NCBI GenBank assembly: GCA_030704615.1
Contig: CM060733.1
Location: forward strand, 42,904,001-42,968,000
Direction: 5' to 3'
Length of the DNA: 64,000 nt
Source of the DNA: Takakia lepidozioides
Taxonomy: Eukaryota > Plantae > Bryophyta
Part shown: positions 37,401 through 51,599 of the stretch, one piece after another
How the letters are laid out: each line of letters opens with the position of its first letter
Position numbering within the stretch: position 1 is the first letter of the stretch
The notes under the pieces: model-generated
The model's database searches: none
The model's input: the letters and a program-made list of their open reading frames with translations, nothing else
What the model was told of the DNA's origin: nothing
Translations under genes and position numbers: made by a program

Positions 37401-40400
37401 TTACATACCTGTATGTGTCCAGGTGGAGTTCAACAAAGCTGCGCAATCATTATCAGAGGCGCTTGTACCCTCTGCGTCGAAGAAGGCAGCTCTCAGTCGT
37501 CTCCTAAAGGTCTAGCCTCTCCACTTGAGCTGAGGCAGGCTCATCAATGTCTTAAAACCACTAGAGATAGATCTGCTAGCCTTGACAACTGCAGGGATCA
37601 TGAGTAGGAGTAAAGAGAGTGGGATCTTCAATAGGTCGTTGTGAGGGATACTGCATTTGCTATCGACAGTATAGCTGAGGCAATTATTATTGTGGGACAA
37701 AATGTATTTGGTTTAGGGTGGCTGTCTCTCCAAGTATGCGAGCTCTACATTTTCCCTCATAGTGCTAGCTTGCGGACAGAACCTAGTACAGCATCTCTCA
37801 TGCAGCACACCCTTTTGGCCTGTTTTTCATATTGTTGACCTGGCTCATCAATTAAGTTGTTTTGAATGCGGAGAGCTGATGTGGTTGTGGTTCATTCTGA
37901 TACAGGACAATGTAGCGTTGATAGTAGTGCTGGAGGCGCATGACACAGGAAATGGTGCCGATGCCTCACAAGCATCTGGCAAACGTCAGTTACTGTGTGT
38001 GGTGAGTGATGTCTTACCCTCTCTATCATCGTCTCTCACTTTCTCTCTGTCCACACTCAAATTCAGTTGGCATTGCAACCACACCCACATATTCACATCT
38101 GCGTAACGCAGAGGTGGAACCACTGATTAGAGTATGTAGCCAGATAAACAACAATTTCTTCGCCGAACTGTTGCGATTTCTGCAGAATTGGTACATGAAT
38201 TTGAGGCCAAGATTTATATACCCTGCAAGTCTAGGATCCCAGAGGGACTGATCAATGAGTACATTATCTGTCTCACATATTGTTTTTATGTTTTAGTCAT
38301 AGATATGCAAAATATCAATAATAAAGAAAGCACAGCCTATAGAATATGGTATTGGAGGTCCTGGAGCTGCAGAGACACCTGGTAAACTTCATGTAAGTTT
38401 CCATGTAGCTGAAAGAACAGGCATAGTGAGCTCACTGAATCAACAGGAACATCTGGTTGTATAGGTTTGTAAAGCAAAAGCTTGCAATTTATGAGATAAT
38501 TAGCAAACTTTGAGCCTTAACTGTTTGGCACATTCATGGGCAGGCTAACACCCACATCCATGCAAATCCGGAGCTCAAGGATGTCAAGCTCTGGCAGGTA
38601 TGTTGAAATTTATTCCATCTGCCGTTCCTGAGCTGCTTTAGCTAATCAGTTAAAAAAAAACAGTTGCCTCTGAGATAAGTCAGTTCTTTTGGGTGGAAAC
38701 ACTTTGTCTAGTGTAGAGGGGCCCTATCTGCATAGAAACTCTCAAAGAAGCTTTGAGTGATGCTGGTGCCATACCCTTGATGTGTGATCTACAATATATG
38801 CTTCCCCTTTGTGAATTTCATGTAGAAAGTTTCACTACAGGATCAAAATCATCAGCAGGGGGTTTGGGCTTATGAATAGCTCATTTGGTTAGCTGTGGCA
38901 AGTTGATACACCTGGTGCCTCTCCGGTGGTTGTAGTTGAAACACTACAATGAAACTCCAGTATCGTTTGTCTGATCGTAGGTTAGAGATGGACTTAAATC
39001 AGTTACTTCAGTAACATAGGACTTCAAATTAAAAGCAGATTCAATAGTCATATCCTTTTAGGATCGCCCAAGATTATCATTACAGACAAGGCCTTCACCG
39101 GCGTATTCACCTTCATGTAGGAGAGTTTGGAAGTAATTCGAGAACTCAGTGACAGTACTGCCAGTGAGCCTGCCCCATTTGTTTGTTCAGGGCCAGGTCA
39201 GGCAAGAAGGCTTAACCCATGAGTTTTATACCAACCTGTACCAACTTCACATGTAGCAATATATGTCACATGCTGCTCAAAGACAAGTGGATGAACCAGT
39301 TTGGCATGTCCTGTACAGGTACATACATTACTAAAGGGATTGGAGAAGATAGCAGCCAGTGCTGACATCCCCATGTTAGTTGCAGGCGACTTCAATTCTG
39401 TTCCTGGCAGGTCTGTGCTTCCATGCATCGCCCAACATTGTGCATGTTATCCTGCCAACCTTACTTTGAATGCATGGCGATAGAAATTTTGTCCAAATCA
39501 GCAAAAGTTGTCACCAAGACTTTCTGTAAGGGTGGGGGGTTTTCTGAGTGAGTTTTAGCTGGTTTCTCATAGTTGTGCAAGGTTCTTTTGGGACTTGATT
39601 CATGTCCTAATTCTTGGGATGTCTGGATGGAACTCCTTGAACATGGACATTGGTTATGTGGGGATTAGAGAAAGGAAATGCACATGTAGCAAAAGTGAGT
39701 GGCATCTGCGAAATGCCTAACCCCCCATTGTTTATGATATTGAGCAAGGCCAAGGCTCAGCTAATAAGGAAGGGTCACGCTGTACAGCAATATAAGTGCA
39801 GGAGTAGGTGGGTGATTACATGTTGCTGAGAATGTGAGCAATGGTGATCTGTGCTTGTAGCAGTGCCCCACATTCGTTGTTGGCAACGGGCAGGGTGGAT
39901 GCAGCGCATCCTGAGTTGGCGACTGATCCCCTGGGTATATTGCGCCCTGCAAGCAAGCTGTGCCATCAGTTACCTTTGGTTAGTCTGTCACTGGAAATAC
40001 TGCCCAGCTACTCTTGCGATGTTAGACCGATTCCTAACAAAAGATTGACTTTGTGTGCATTCTGATAGATATTTACCATTAACTCGCTTTGTTGTTTGGT
40101 TGTAGTCTGGGGGGAAGAGGTGATCGTAGCACAGACAATTTAACAAACCTGCATGGGTTGGCACATATGCAGGTGAGTGCCTACTCAGCATTTGCCAGAA
40201 TGCCGGGGGTGGGCCCGACTTTGGAGCGGCAGAGGCGGCGCATGGATGCTAACAGCAATGAGCCTCTCTTCACCAACTGCACTCGCGATTTTCTTGGCAC
40301 TCTCGACTACATCTTTTACACCGGTCAGTTTTTGCCTTGTCTGCACTGCTGCAATGAACCCTCCCTCTGCAGATTATACCTGACTTCACCTTATATCAGA

Positions 40401-40896
40401 TGATGCATTTCCTGTTTTTTCTCATTTCTCACTGACTTCTGCTCTGTGCCGTGCACCCAGTGTTTATAGTGTTTAAATGTTGAGGAGGGCACCTCAACAA
40501 TGCCTGATGCAAGAACTGTTAAAAATCTAGTTAATTTTACACGAGAACCTTTTCTAATCTTATCTCATAACCAGGAACAGTAATTTTTCAGAGTATCCCA
40601 TGAATTATGTTCCATATTTTCTTGAGTCCGATCATGGGTTTTGGGAAGAATACCTACGGTCCCTAACGTCACCACTGCCGGTTATGCTGGTTATGTAAGT
40701 TATGCTGGTTGCTAACTTGGGCTCAACATGGTCGGGTGGATGTGGAGCAGCTGACTCGCTGGCAGTTGAATCACTGTTGGAGCTGCTGGAGGAGGAGGGA
40801 CTGCGCAAGGACACAGCTTTGCCCTCCCCGGAATGGTCATCTGACCACATTGCCTTGCTGGCAGAGTTCCGTTGTAAGCCACGCACGCGCCGCTAG
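34473..40896 (+). CDS. CCR4: CCR4 deadenylase (plant CCR4-1/2 type, EEP domain), copy 1, 616 aa
   Basis: Exons 34473-34630, 35015-35795, 36190-36276, 36877-36960, 37423-37509, 37906-38001, 38544-38597, 39319-39410, 39864-39978, 40173-40323, 40751-40896 (1851 nt, all GT-AG). Motifs MLSVLRVHLPSDIP, SYNVLAD, LCLQE, ANTHI, AGDFN, TLDYIF, SSDH. Confidence 0.96.
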
Positions 40897-43800
40897 GAGT
40901 AACTGTATCTGTGTTTCTATGTTCGGTTTGTTTTAGTTTGCATCACACCATCCAGCTGAGTGTTACCTTCTGATCGCCCCTATTTCCCTCTTCCCAGTCA
41001 ATGAGCTGGATTGTAGCATCTGTGTTTATCTTAGTGCTTGCCCATGATGTAGAAAAGGAAGGTGCGATCAGCAGTAAGAAAAGTTGCAACAACACCTCAC
41101 GCTTTTGCCCCTTGTTAAACCTCTCTGGTACCATCTGTCAGCGTGCTCCTTTCTCGGTGACATAGTAGGTTCAGGGACTTAAACCCTGTGTCTTACATGC
41201 ACAATACCATCCTCCAGAGCACAGTGTGGCTACATGATTCGTTACATGATACTTAATTTGGAAAGAAAGGGCTTAGTTCAGTCTGTCTTTCCACTGGCGC
41301 TCAGGTAAAAGTGTGAGCTCGCGCATCTGTACATTTTGTCAGGTAGGCAAACTTGGGTGTTTCCGAAATTGAAGTAATCTGCTTGTGATAAGTGCCGCGG
41401 TTGTGCCAAATAATGTTGCTAAACAGATGGCTCTCTTTTCCGAGGGTCTTTCAACTTTCAAATTGTTATTGAAGGAGCGGCTCCTTGGATTATGTTTTTG
41501 CAACTTTTTGTGTTTCATAACAGTTTACATATGGTCCCTGTGGAGATTTTGGGAAAACAAAAAAAATCACCGTCAGCCACGTGGAACCTCTTAGCCATTG
41601 ACATGGGACCATGTGGACAAATCTGCTAGCTCTGGCAATCGGTTAAGGCCGGGTACCACCCACTTACTCGTTTTGGGGAGGTGGCGCACTTGACCTCCTC
41701 TCCCTGTCTCCACATTAGCTTCTCACAGGCAGCATCTGATCCAACACAAAGTCATGTGGCGAGAATAACGAGGTAGCAGGGTTAGAAAAGTAGCTATGTA
41801 ATAGATGGCACGTCTTAGTAGGTCCACGTAGGCAAGAAGTCAGACTTTCCACTATTGGCGTTTTCTGGCGAATTTTTCAATTTTTGCCCTCGCATAATTC
41901 CTTTGCAGGTCGAAATCTGGCGATTATTCACCACAAAGAAAACCACAGTGTGGCAGCATAACAATGTGTAAATTTTGGGGTTAACTGCCGTAGCCCTACA
42001 GCTTTTTCATCCCTTGACTGCAAAATTTGCAGCCTTACCCACCGTTTTACTTGTTACTAACACTGTGTAAGATCAATAGAACTTAATTGTCTAACCATGA
42101 TCCTAACTCTATTGGTTTACCTCCGCCTCTAATTTCATGCTTTCTTTCCAGTAAGAATTGGAGAAAAAAAAAGTGAAATCTAATAACCATTTTGTGAGCA
42201 TGAAAATATTCTGCAAACCTTTGCAAAAAAGACAACCACACAAATTCTGAAGTGGCTAATCCAATTGAAACCTTGCATAATAGTATATCTCATGATGTTG
42301 GGCAGCCTTTCCTAATGTTTTAGATTTTTTGTACAAGATTTGGGCATACCTCCTTTGTAGTGACCAGGAGGGGTTCAGCACTTTGCCACCTTTTCTATTT
42401 TAAGAAAAATTGGTTTGTTGTGTAAAGACGGAAGGGTCCCAAGTAGGGAAGGTCCTCACAAATTTTTGTTTGAATCAATCCATGTATTTACAATGGGCCA
42501 CCCATTCCATGCAAGAAACCCCAATCCACTTCGCTCTTCTCATGCTCATCTCTCTTACCTACCAAACAGAGTTGTTTGAATCGAAGTAAACAATCTAGTA
42601 GAGCAGAATCATCCTGTAGATGCTACATGTTATAGCTTGGGATTGAGTTGAGAATCCTCTTGGTTGAAGTGAAACCAAGAGGCCACTGGATAGCCAACAA
42701 GAAATTTACAGATTACAAGCATTTTCAAAAGCAGAATTTAAGCAGCAACTTATTTGGTACCATCTTCCCCTGGGAATACTTAATCATGATTATTTAGTGG
42801 CACAGATTTCCTAGTGAGGGCTAGCCTTCAACCATTCACACAATCTGGGTCATACAGCAGTTATTAATTATCCCCTCTATTCCTTTCAATGTCCTTTGGA
42901 TATCTCTTGTATCTCTTGTATCAATGTCTCATGGAGTGCCCAGAGCAGTGATTCTCAAGGCCATACACACATTATTAAGTGATCTTGGTTAACAAGTGGG
43001 GAAAAGAAGGGAATTTTTTGACCAGCAATTTACACAGCCCATTGGTGAAAGAAAGGAGGACTTACAAATGCGGCGACACAAATGGAATCGGATGATAGGA
43101 AGATACCAGATACCTTCCACCTGGTGCCACAATCTCTTCTGAGTGTGTGGGCGCCCGACCCAAGACCATGACAAGCAGTCCTATGACCCTTCTATTTGTG
43201 CATTATCAATTGCGCACACATTCTGATTGTGTGAAACGGTCTGCATGGTCCAATAAACCCAGGTTTAAGAGTGGACCTAACTCTGGCAACAACAGTATGT
43301 AACAAAAGAACTTTTGGAATACCAACAAACACTTCTACCCCAAATTCAAAAACTGTCAAGAAACTTTACCTACATCCTTGTGCAGAAGTAAAACCTGATT
43401 TCCTTATTGCCACTAACTCCTCCAACCAAAACTGTTCCTCATTGCCTAGAATGAAGCATCTTAGCTACGTGTACCTCCCACCTACCATAAAAGATATGTA
43501 TGTGTTGCACTCAATGATAGTGACAGCATACCAGGATAAACGTGATCAAGGAGCTGGTTCTTTGCATGATATTCAGGACAGACCCTCAGAACAGAGACCA
43601 TATATTTTAGCAACATACACAGCTGGGAGCCTTTATCACAAGCAAATTACTTCCAATTTTGGACAGACCCAATTTTCGCCTACCTAACAAAATGTACAGA
43701 TCCATTTGAGATCACTTTTTGACTGACTCCCATGACAGGACGAGGTGATCTAAATCCTTTTCTTTCGTAAATTCAGTATCATGTGACTAAAATCGTGTAG

Positions 43801-44260
43801 CCACACTTCATGTCAGGGACTGGGTAACTTGGAGGATGCTTACCTGCAAGTACGACACAGGGTTAAGACCCTGAACCTCCTCTGCCACCAAGCAGAATGG
43901 CCATCAGATGTTACCAAAGAGGTTTAACAAGGGGCAAAGCGGGGGAAGGTTGTAGCTTTCCTTGTTGTTGCTGTTGCCCACATCTTCTTTTTCTAAATCT
44001 ATGGCAAGCTTCAAGATAAACACCACAGGTGGTGGCACCCCGCGGGGATGCTCCCAGCGAAAGCGAACCAGTACCTACTCTCAGCATTGGATGTCTTGGC
44101 TCTTGAACGATGAAGAACGAAGCAAAATGCAATCCAGCTCATTGAAATGGAAGAGAGGAGGAAGGGGTGATTGGGGGCCATGGCATGACTCAGCTGGACT
44201 GCTGTATAAGAAGTGAGGAAAAATAGGACAAATGGAATATGAGAACACACATAGACACTC

Positions 44261-47200
44261 CTAGCGGCGTGTGCGCGGCTTACAACGGAACTCTGCCAGC
44301 AAGGCAATGTGGTCAGACGACCATTCAGGCGAGGGCAAAGCTGTGTTCCTGCGAAGGCTCTCCTCCTCCAGCAGCTCCAAAAGTGATTCTACTGCCAGTG
44401 AGTCGGCTGCTCCACACCCGCCCCAAAACCGTAAGTTAACGACATTGCCTGACTGCATAACCTGCATAGCAAGTGGGCTACTTGGCCAATGTGCATTTAA
44501 ACTGCAGACAAAGGCTAATGTTCAGTACAGCAGTACATACAAGGGTGCAACATGGCAGCAAAAGCCAAAAGGTTAAATCTGACCAGTGTAAAAGATGTAG
44601 TCGAGAGTGCCGAGAAAATCACGGGTGCAGTTGGTGAAGAGAGGCTCATTGCTGTTTGCATCCATGCGGCGCCTCTGCCGCTCGAAATTGGGGCCCACCC
44701 CCGGCATCCTGGCAAATGCTGAGTAGGCACTCACCTGCACCCATGTATGTTTGTAAATAGTCAATCTTCACACCAAGACTCGAGTGGTATTTGGGTAATA
44801 GCACACAATCAACAGTACAGTCAAATAAGCTTTTAAAGACCAATAAATCATTGTAGCTCACCTTTTAACAAATCATACTACTACATTTAAGGCACACGGT
44901 AAAAAGCGACCCTTGCATGATCTAACTCTACCAGTATGGAAAAAATCATGGCCCTAAGAAAAGCTCTCAGTCAAAAACCTTGTCAGGAAAGAGTTGAACA
45001 TTGGACAAGTAGTTGGGGGAACACTTGCAGTTGGGGACTAACCAAAGGTAACTGATGGCAGAGCTTGCTTGCAGGGCGTAGTATACCCAGCGGGTCAGTC
45101 GCCAGCTCGGGATGCGCTGCATCCACTCTCCCTGTTGCCAACAATGAATGTGGGGCACTGCCAAAACGACAGATCACCATAGCTCTCAGTCGAACTGACT
45201 CTTAAGCACCCATCTTTTCCTCTGCTTGAAGAGCTATCAATCACAACCAGACCCTTCCCTATCAGCAACTCAGCCTTGGGGTTGCTCGCCATCATAAACA
45301 ATGTGGACAAGGGACAAGGTCACTGTGAAACAGTAGGTATATTGGGACTTGGTTTGGTACATTTCCAAGCACCTACCCACTTAGATACAGGAGAATTACT
45401 CATCTCTGCACCCACATAAACCATGGCTACCTTTGAGCACCTAAATCCAGACTTCCAAAACATGTTGTTAAAACGCCACATTCCTGTCTACCTCTCAACG
45501 AAATTCACAGCAAATCTCCTATGAAAATATGAATGGTCAAAGATATATCTATACATGTGAGCATATGGAAGGTAATAGACTTCTGATGCTGTAATGGTGT
45601 TCCTCGAGGGGTGCACGAGTTTTACATCCAAGGATAATAACAGACTGACAAGATAGTCTATCAGTGGATCCGAAAGATTTCGTGAAAACACCCAACCTGC
45701 TCAAATACTAACACATCTGTGAGAACCAGCTTAATCTTGTCAATACCTCCCCACACCCACTCCCACACAAGTTAGTGATCCGTTGATTTGAACTACAATC
45801 AAGGTACACATATGAGTGGGTATAGGGAGGCACCAACCTGCCAGGGACAGAGTTGAAGTCGCCTGCAACTAACATAGGGATGTCTGCACTGGCTGCGATC
45901 TTCTCAAGTCCTTTTAATAATGTGTGTACCTAACCAGCACAAACCACAGTCGTTGCTCATGCATTGGACCCTTATCACAATTTGACATTTGTTCAGAGGC
46001 AGAAAGGAAATGCACCACCTATGGGGAAGATGTTTGCACCAGGTTAGTCTTAAACCAGTTTGTAAGACTTCCTGCCTTGCCTGCCCATGAGCCAGCAAGT
46101 GGAGAACATATCGCCCCAGCAATTAGTATTGTCTTTCCAAATCGTTCATGAATAGAGTTCGCCAATAGGTTCCTAAGACATTTTCTATCCTCCACAACAA
46201 GAGGGAGATACCTGCAAGGCTTCATGTACAATGTAAATATCTTATAAACAGACATGGATATCTACTATACTTTGCTTCCAGGACCCAATACTTTTAAAGC
46301 ACCCAATGTCCATGTCCCACCATACAATCTGAGACAAGGTTGAAGGACTTCAAGCTATTTTCTCATCATAGGCCTGTGAATGAGGTGGGGTTAGTACAGC
46401 TTAGTAAGTCATTTGGCACCTGAACAACCCCTGTTGTTGGTTCTGTCCCCCAGGTCAAACAGACCATGTGGAATGTGTACAGGGAAAGTCTGTATTGAGA
46501 GCATGCATATGGAGGATATAGCATTAGCTCTCTTCAAGCTCCATGTGACAGACTTCGTATCTAAACTAGAACAGGCTGTCTGTAGCAGTTTGTCCTTTGG
46601 CAGAAAATCACCAGACTTCGACCTAATGGGTCGGCTACTTGTACAATGGAATTATGGGGGGTACAAATCGAAAAATTCACCAGAAAGCGCCAGTAGTTGA
46701 GTTTCAGGAGCCTGATTTTTTCTATGTGGACCTGTCCAAATGTGCCACCTGTTATATATAGCCGCTTTTCTAACCCTGCCGCCTCGTTAATCTCGGAACA
46801 TGGGCGCTGGGTAGAATTTACATGTGGCCCTTGTGGGGATTTTGTCAAAACAAGACACTAGTCTGTAGTGCCTGACTTTCAGACACTACACATAGCAACC
46901 ACTCCAAAGAACAAGCAAGCTAACAACATTTACCTGGCCTGCCTGATACTCCTTGACAGATGCAGAAAGACTCTACCAGACAATATACAATTAACCACTG
47001 CTCTTTCCTAGCGACAACAAGGCACAACATATCTTCATTAGAAAGCAAGCGTTTAGAAACCCACAGCAACTTCAGAAAGCAAAGGTGAAGTATGTCATCA
47101 TACCTGCCAGAGCTTAACGTCCTTGAGCTCTGGATTTGCATGGATGTGGGTGTTAGCCTGCATATAACCAAAAATGGCAAAAGTTTGGTAAGTGTCCAAG

Positions 47201-50200
47201 AAACTACAAGCTCTTTCCTACACATCTAAACAACCTAAGGCTCCATAAGCTCCGTTTTTCTTTTCTATATGCTGTTGAATTAAGTGTTATGCCAAAGCTC
47301 CAAATCCATCTAAGCCTCATCCATCAGCACTGCCATTACAGCCTTCTACCTGATAAATGTGGCTGTGGCTACATTGCAATCACTGCCACTGACACTACAG
47401 CCGAAAGAAAGAGAATGGGAGAGTGAAAGACACCACTCACAACACACAGTAGCTGGCGTTTGCTAGACGCTTGTGAGACGTCCACACCATTCCCTGTATC
47501 GCGCGACTCCAGCACCACTATCAATGCCACATTGTCCTGCAACAGCCAAAACGTCTTTATATTCAAAACGAATTTTTGGGCTAACTAGGTTCACCATATT
47601 TTCAAAAACAGGTGCAAAGAGAGTGCTGCTTGAGGATATTACGACAGTACTACTAGGTTCTGCCCCATTCAGGATGTTCCTCACATGCTCCACCTAGCAG
47701 TAAAAGTTAAGTTTGGTGTGCTCCCCAGAGGTCCCTAACCTGGATGAAATACAAAAAGTTACAGAGAGCTATGGAATATTCAGCTCCCAATCCACTAAAA
47801 CTGTAACAAGAAAACCCCATGACAATGATTGGAAGATACACTGAGGTCCTGCTACCCCTTCCAAGGGGAGTGGTCTACTGGTAGATGCTGGTTTCACCTT
47901 TGTTTAGGAGACCTGACCCTAGCAAGTGAATGGACCAGGAAATATGGCGGATCTAGCTCTAATGGATGCAAGAAAATTGGTGAGCCTGCCGTGAAGTAGA
48001 AGTTATAGACCTTCAGCAGACGACTGAGAGCTGCCTTCTTGGACGCAGAGGGTATGAGTGCCTCTGACAATGACTGTGCAGCTTTGTTGAACTCCACCTG
48101 GAAACATGAAGGTAGGTCCTTAGACCATGTCTCAGATTTCTGGTGATTCTGTTCACTTTTTGCCCTGTGAAAAAAAGAAAAGTTCCTTGACCTCCTCAAT
48201 CATCAATGCCAACCTCTAAATACGGGCCCAGACCAACCGCATCTTTGCCACAGAGAATATTATGGGCCTCATATGCTTCAAACTTGACACTTTGACTTGC
48301 CTGAAGCTTTCCTCAGTGCCACATAACAGACAACAGGCAGGCATATGTGTGCTAGCGGACGTTGCAGAACTATCTGGGAAATGCGAAACCTACTACGAGG
48401 GAATAACCCTCTACTGTAAGCTCCTCATTCATTGCACTGGTTCAGCATTCTCCACTCTCTTTCTACCTCGTCTCTCTCTCTCTACCCTCCCTTGTCTGCT
48501 TCCCCTTCCCCATTCTTGAGCCCAAGATAATCAATGCCACCTAGAACTTAGTCTAATAAAGAAAACCCAGAAGCAAACAAATTAGAGAAATTCTGTGTGC
48601 AAGATGTGTGGAAACTTCACATGTGATTTGAAGGAGGGAACAACCCATCTACCTCATATTTTTTAACTAAAGAGAAGCGATCCCGTCGGAAAAAAGTAGC
48701 ACAGCCATCAATTGCATAAGCAGTGCCTGTATACATCTGCAATAGTCAACCAAAGGCTAACTACAATAAGGGACAAAATTGACCCAACATACAACAGGAC
48801 CCACTTGCAGTTTAAACTTTAACTTTAACAGGCTTCTTCTTTGACCAAGGTTAAGGATTCAATCACTTTATTAGTGTTGGGATTACTTTAACATTGACGA
48901 GTCCATCTCTCAGATTGCCGCATACCCCCGTGGTTCCAACAGTTCAAATTACAGCCTTGCCTTCAAATATCTTCAGTAAAAGAAACTTTGTTACCTTTGG
49001 AGGCTAGCACCCCTTTATTATGCAACGAAGAGAATGCATTTCAACTTGGCCACCCGGAAAAGCACTGAAAGTACAAGGCCTATATCATGGCAAACAGGGT
49101 AGCAAAGCCATCATCTCAGAGGGCTTCTCCTGTCTACTGAGAGGCCTTTCTAAAACCAACCCATGGCCATACATGAGGCAAAAGCATGACTTGAACTCCA
49201 TGAACATGAGCAAATGAGCACTTCACCTCGGCAGTTTTTTTCTTATACACAGCAGCATAGCCATGCTTTTCCAACTCAGGAGCAAAGAACTCCTCGAAGT
49301 GATCACTTTGCACCTGAAAAAACAGCATAACAGTGTGCACATAATTATCAAATCTCCAAGATTTCTTTGTGCCTCTTCCCTTTATAGCTACATTCCAGAG
49401 AACCTGATTATTCCAATATGATAGTTGTCTCCATGCAAAACCTATCAGCTGAGCAAGCTGAGTTCTATAACTGAGCAAGCCACTAGCAAATAACAAAGCT
49501 GAGCTTTATAACTCAACCCGCTGGGAAAACAACACCTGGCATTTCCCAGAGGAAAAAGTACAACAGTACCTCCTGGAGACACAAAATATCAGCTCGATAA
49601 CCCACAACCTCTCGTAGCAGATTTTGCCTTCGGTATGCCCATGAGAGTGCCCATGGAGGGCAGTAGCTGTACATCTCACTCGTGGCATACAGATCAGCTA
49701 GCACATTGTATGAAAGCACAGTGAATGTTCCTGGCATTGCCATGCGCCCTGCCATCTCCACTGCTGAGGCCCCATCCATGGGGTTGACTGGAATCAGCCG
49801 GCGAGGAGTTGGGGAGGGAGCAGGGATGACACGTGATGTTAGCACTGTACTGGCAGGGGCAATCCCAAGCCCAGTGCTTGCGTCGACCGCAACACACTCG
49901 AGCTTCAATATGTGGCCTACATCATCAGCTGTAGGGGTGTAGGCCTTGCCCTGTCCCACTTCGTGCCAGGTTTCCCCATTCCCGTGGTCAGATGACGAGA
50001 TTCTTGCAGGGCTGGATGTAGAGCCATTGCTGAGAATGACAGGTGCAGCGCTGCTTATTGGTCCTGCCCCGGCAGCTGGCCCTCCAATAATTGTTCCGGA
50101 GCCTGAATTGAAGCGACCAAATATTGGGTCATCTTCCTCAGCCCCATTTTCACGTGCAGCACTAGCTGCACGTGCATGCATGTTCCTGTGGTGTCGCCAT

Positions 50201-50940
50201 GCGTCTGCAAAGCATTTAGGTGAGCAGTGGTAGCTCTTGGCAACTGCCAACTTTGCTTTCACACAGCCCAAGCATTGCAACGTGGCCGGCTCTGATGGAT
50301 GGACACTGCAGATTGCGATCCTCTTGTCACTGTGACTGCGGTACCTGCCCATTACACATAAATCCCATACATTGCCTAAGCATCCAATATCCCCTCACTC
50401 ATGTGCTCAGTTTCCACAATGGCTAGCACCAACAGCTGCTGACAAGAGTTAATGGCCGACCACCCACTTCCCTTTTGGAAAAAAAAGTTAACCTGTCCTA
50501 TAAAAGACCTGTCTTTCAAACTATCTCATCCCACAGCTATGCACCACCCATGTGCCCCGGCGACTTGAATCATGACCCATAAACATGTCACTGCAAGGAA
50601 TGGGACCTCCACTGAAGAGGATCAAAGGGGAAAAAGGAGGAGATAAGTCCTCGCATTGTGCAAAAGACAAGGAATGAGAGTGAATGACAGTAAGTGCGTA
50701 AAAATTCAAGCATAGCGCGGGAGACAGGAAACAAATTCAAGGGAAAGGACAGACGGACAGACCAGGAGGGAAAGGGAAGTACCATCTACAGCGAAGGTAG
50801 TAGCCATCGACAGGTGAGGACTCCGGGATGTCATCGGTGGTGATGGAGAGGTCAGGTCGGCGAAGTAGCACATAGGGTGATAACTCGCAGCCCGCAATGG
50901 GAATATCGGACGGCAGGTGCACGCGTAACACGCTCAGCAT
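44261..50940 (-). CDS. CCR4: CCR4 deadenylase, copy 2, 614 aa
   Basis: Exons 50940-50783, 50344-49570, 49313-49227, 48736-48653, 48097-48011, 47536-47441, 47157-47104, 45929-45838, 45157-45043, 44734-44584, 44406-44261 (1845 nt). Same motifs and intron positions as copy 1. Confidence 0.96.
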
Positions 50941-51083
50941 GCTTCCCCCTCCGCGTCCTCTACCCTCTGGCCAGCAGCTCCTGCTGCAATGGTTGCGCAA
51001 AATCTTTCTGGCGTCACTTTGTGTGTGTCAGGCTTAAGAAAAAAAGCATACAGCAGTAGGCAAACACTAGGCGGATCCGCCAT
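50934..51083 (-). promoter_or_regulatory. 49-aa upstream ORF overlapping the CCR4 copy 2 start codon
   Basis: MADPPSVCLLLYAFFLKPDTHKVTPERFCATIAAGAAGQRVEDAEGEAC*. Confidence 0.65.
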
Positions 51084-51569
51084 CAGACGTTCCCCACCCC
51101 CGCCAGCCTTGCGCCACCACTCTTGCCTCCCGGCAGTCCACTTACTCCACTTCCTCTCCGCAGTAGCAAACTTGCTTCCCTGCCCTTCCGTGACAGTTAT
51201 CTAAGATTTTCTGTGTCACAAATAATTCTTAGGGTTAAAACCTTGGTGGGTGTAGCTCCTTTACTAAAATTGGTTGGAGAAGTCCGAGTGCCCGTTGCTG
51301 TGACCTCAAGGTGTGTCTGAACATATACACAGACAGTGTGAAATCTGCGTATTGCTGTAATAACAAAATGGGAAGGCTTGCTGCTCTCATCCTCCAACAG
51401 ATACTTCGGTGGCTCAAGCTTTCCGACTGCAATACAGGTTCTCTGTTTCTTCTGCAGACACCTCTTTATGGCTGACAGTGGGTCGAAGCGCAGGCAGGAG
51501 TCCGTTTGCTGCAGAGGCAAGATGGGCAATGCCACCGAGTTGAATAGCCACCCCAACGACAACCCTCGA

Positions 51570-51599
51570 CTATTGCCAGCTCCTCTTTCCTCTCCTCAT
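51570..51599 (-). promoter_or_regulatory. short upstream ORF MRRGKRSWQ*
   Basis: Counterpart of 33743-33772. Confidence 0.5.

Noticed and set aside
42200-43690. Possible decayed LINE between the CCR4 genes
   Set aside because: No diagnostic motif could be read with confidence.
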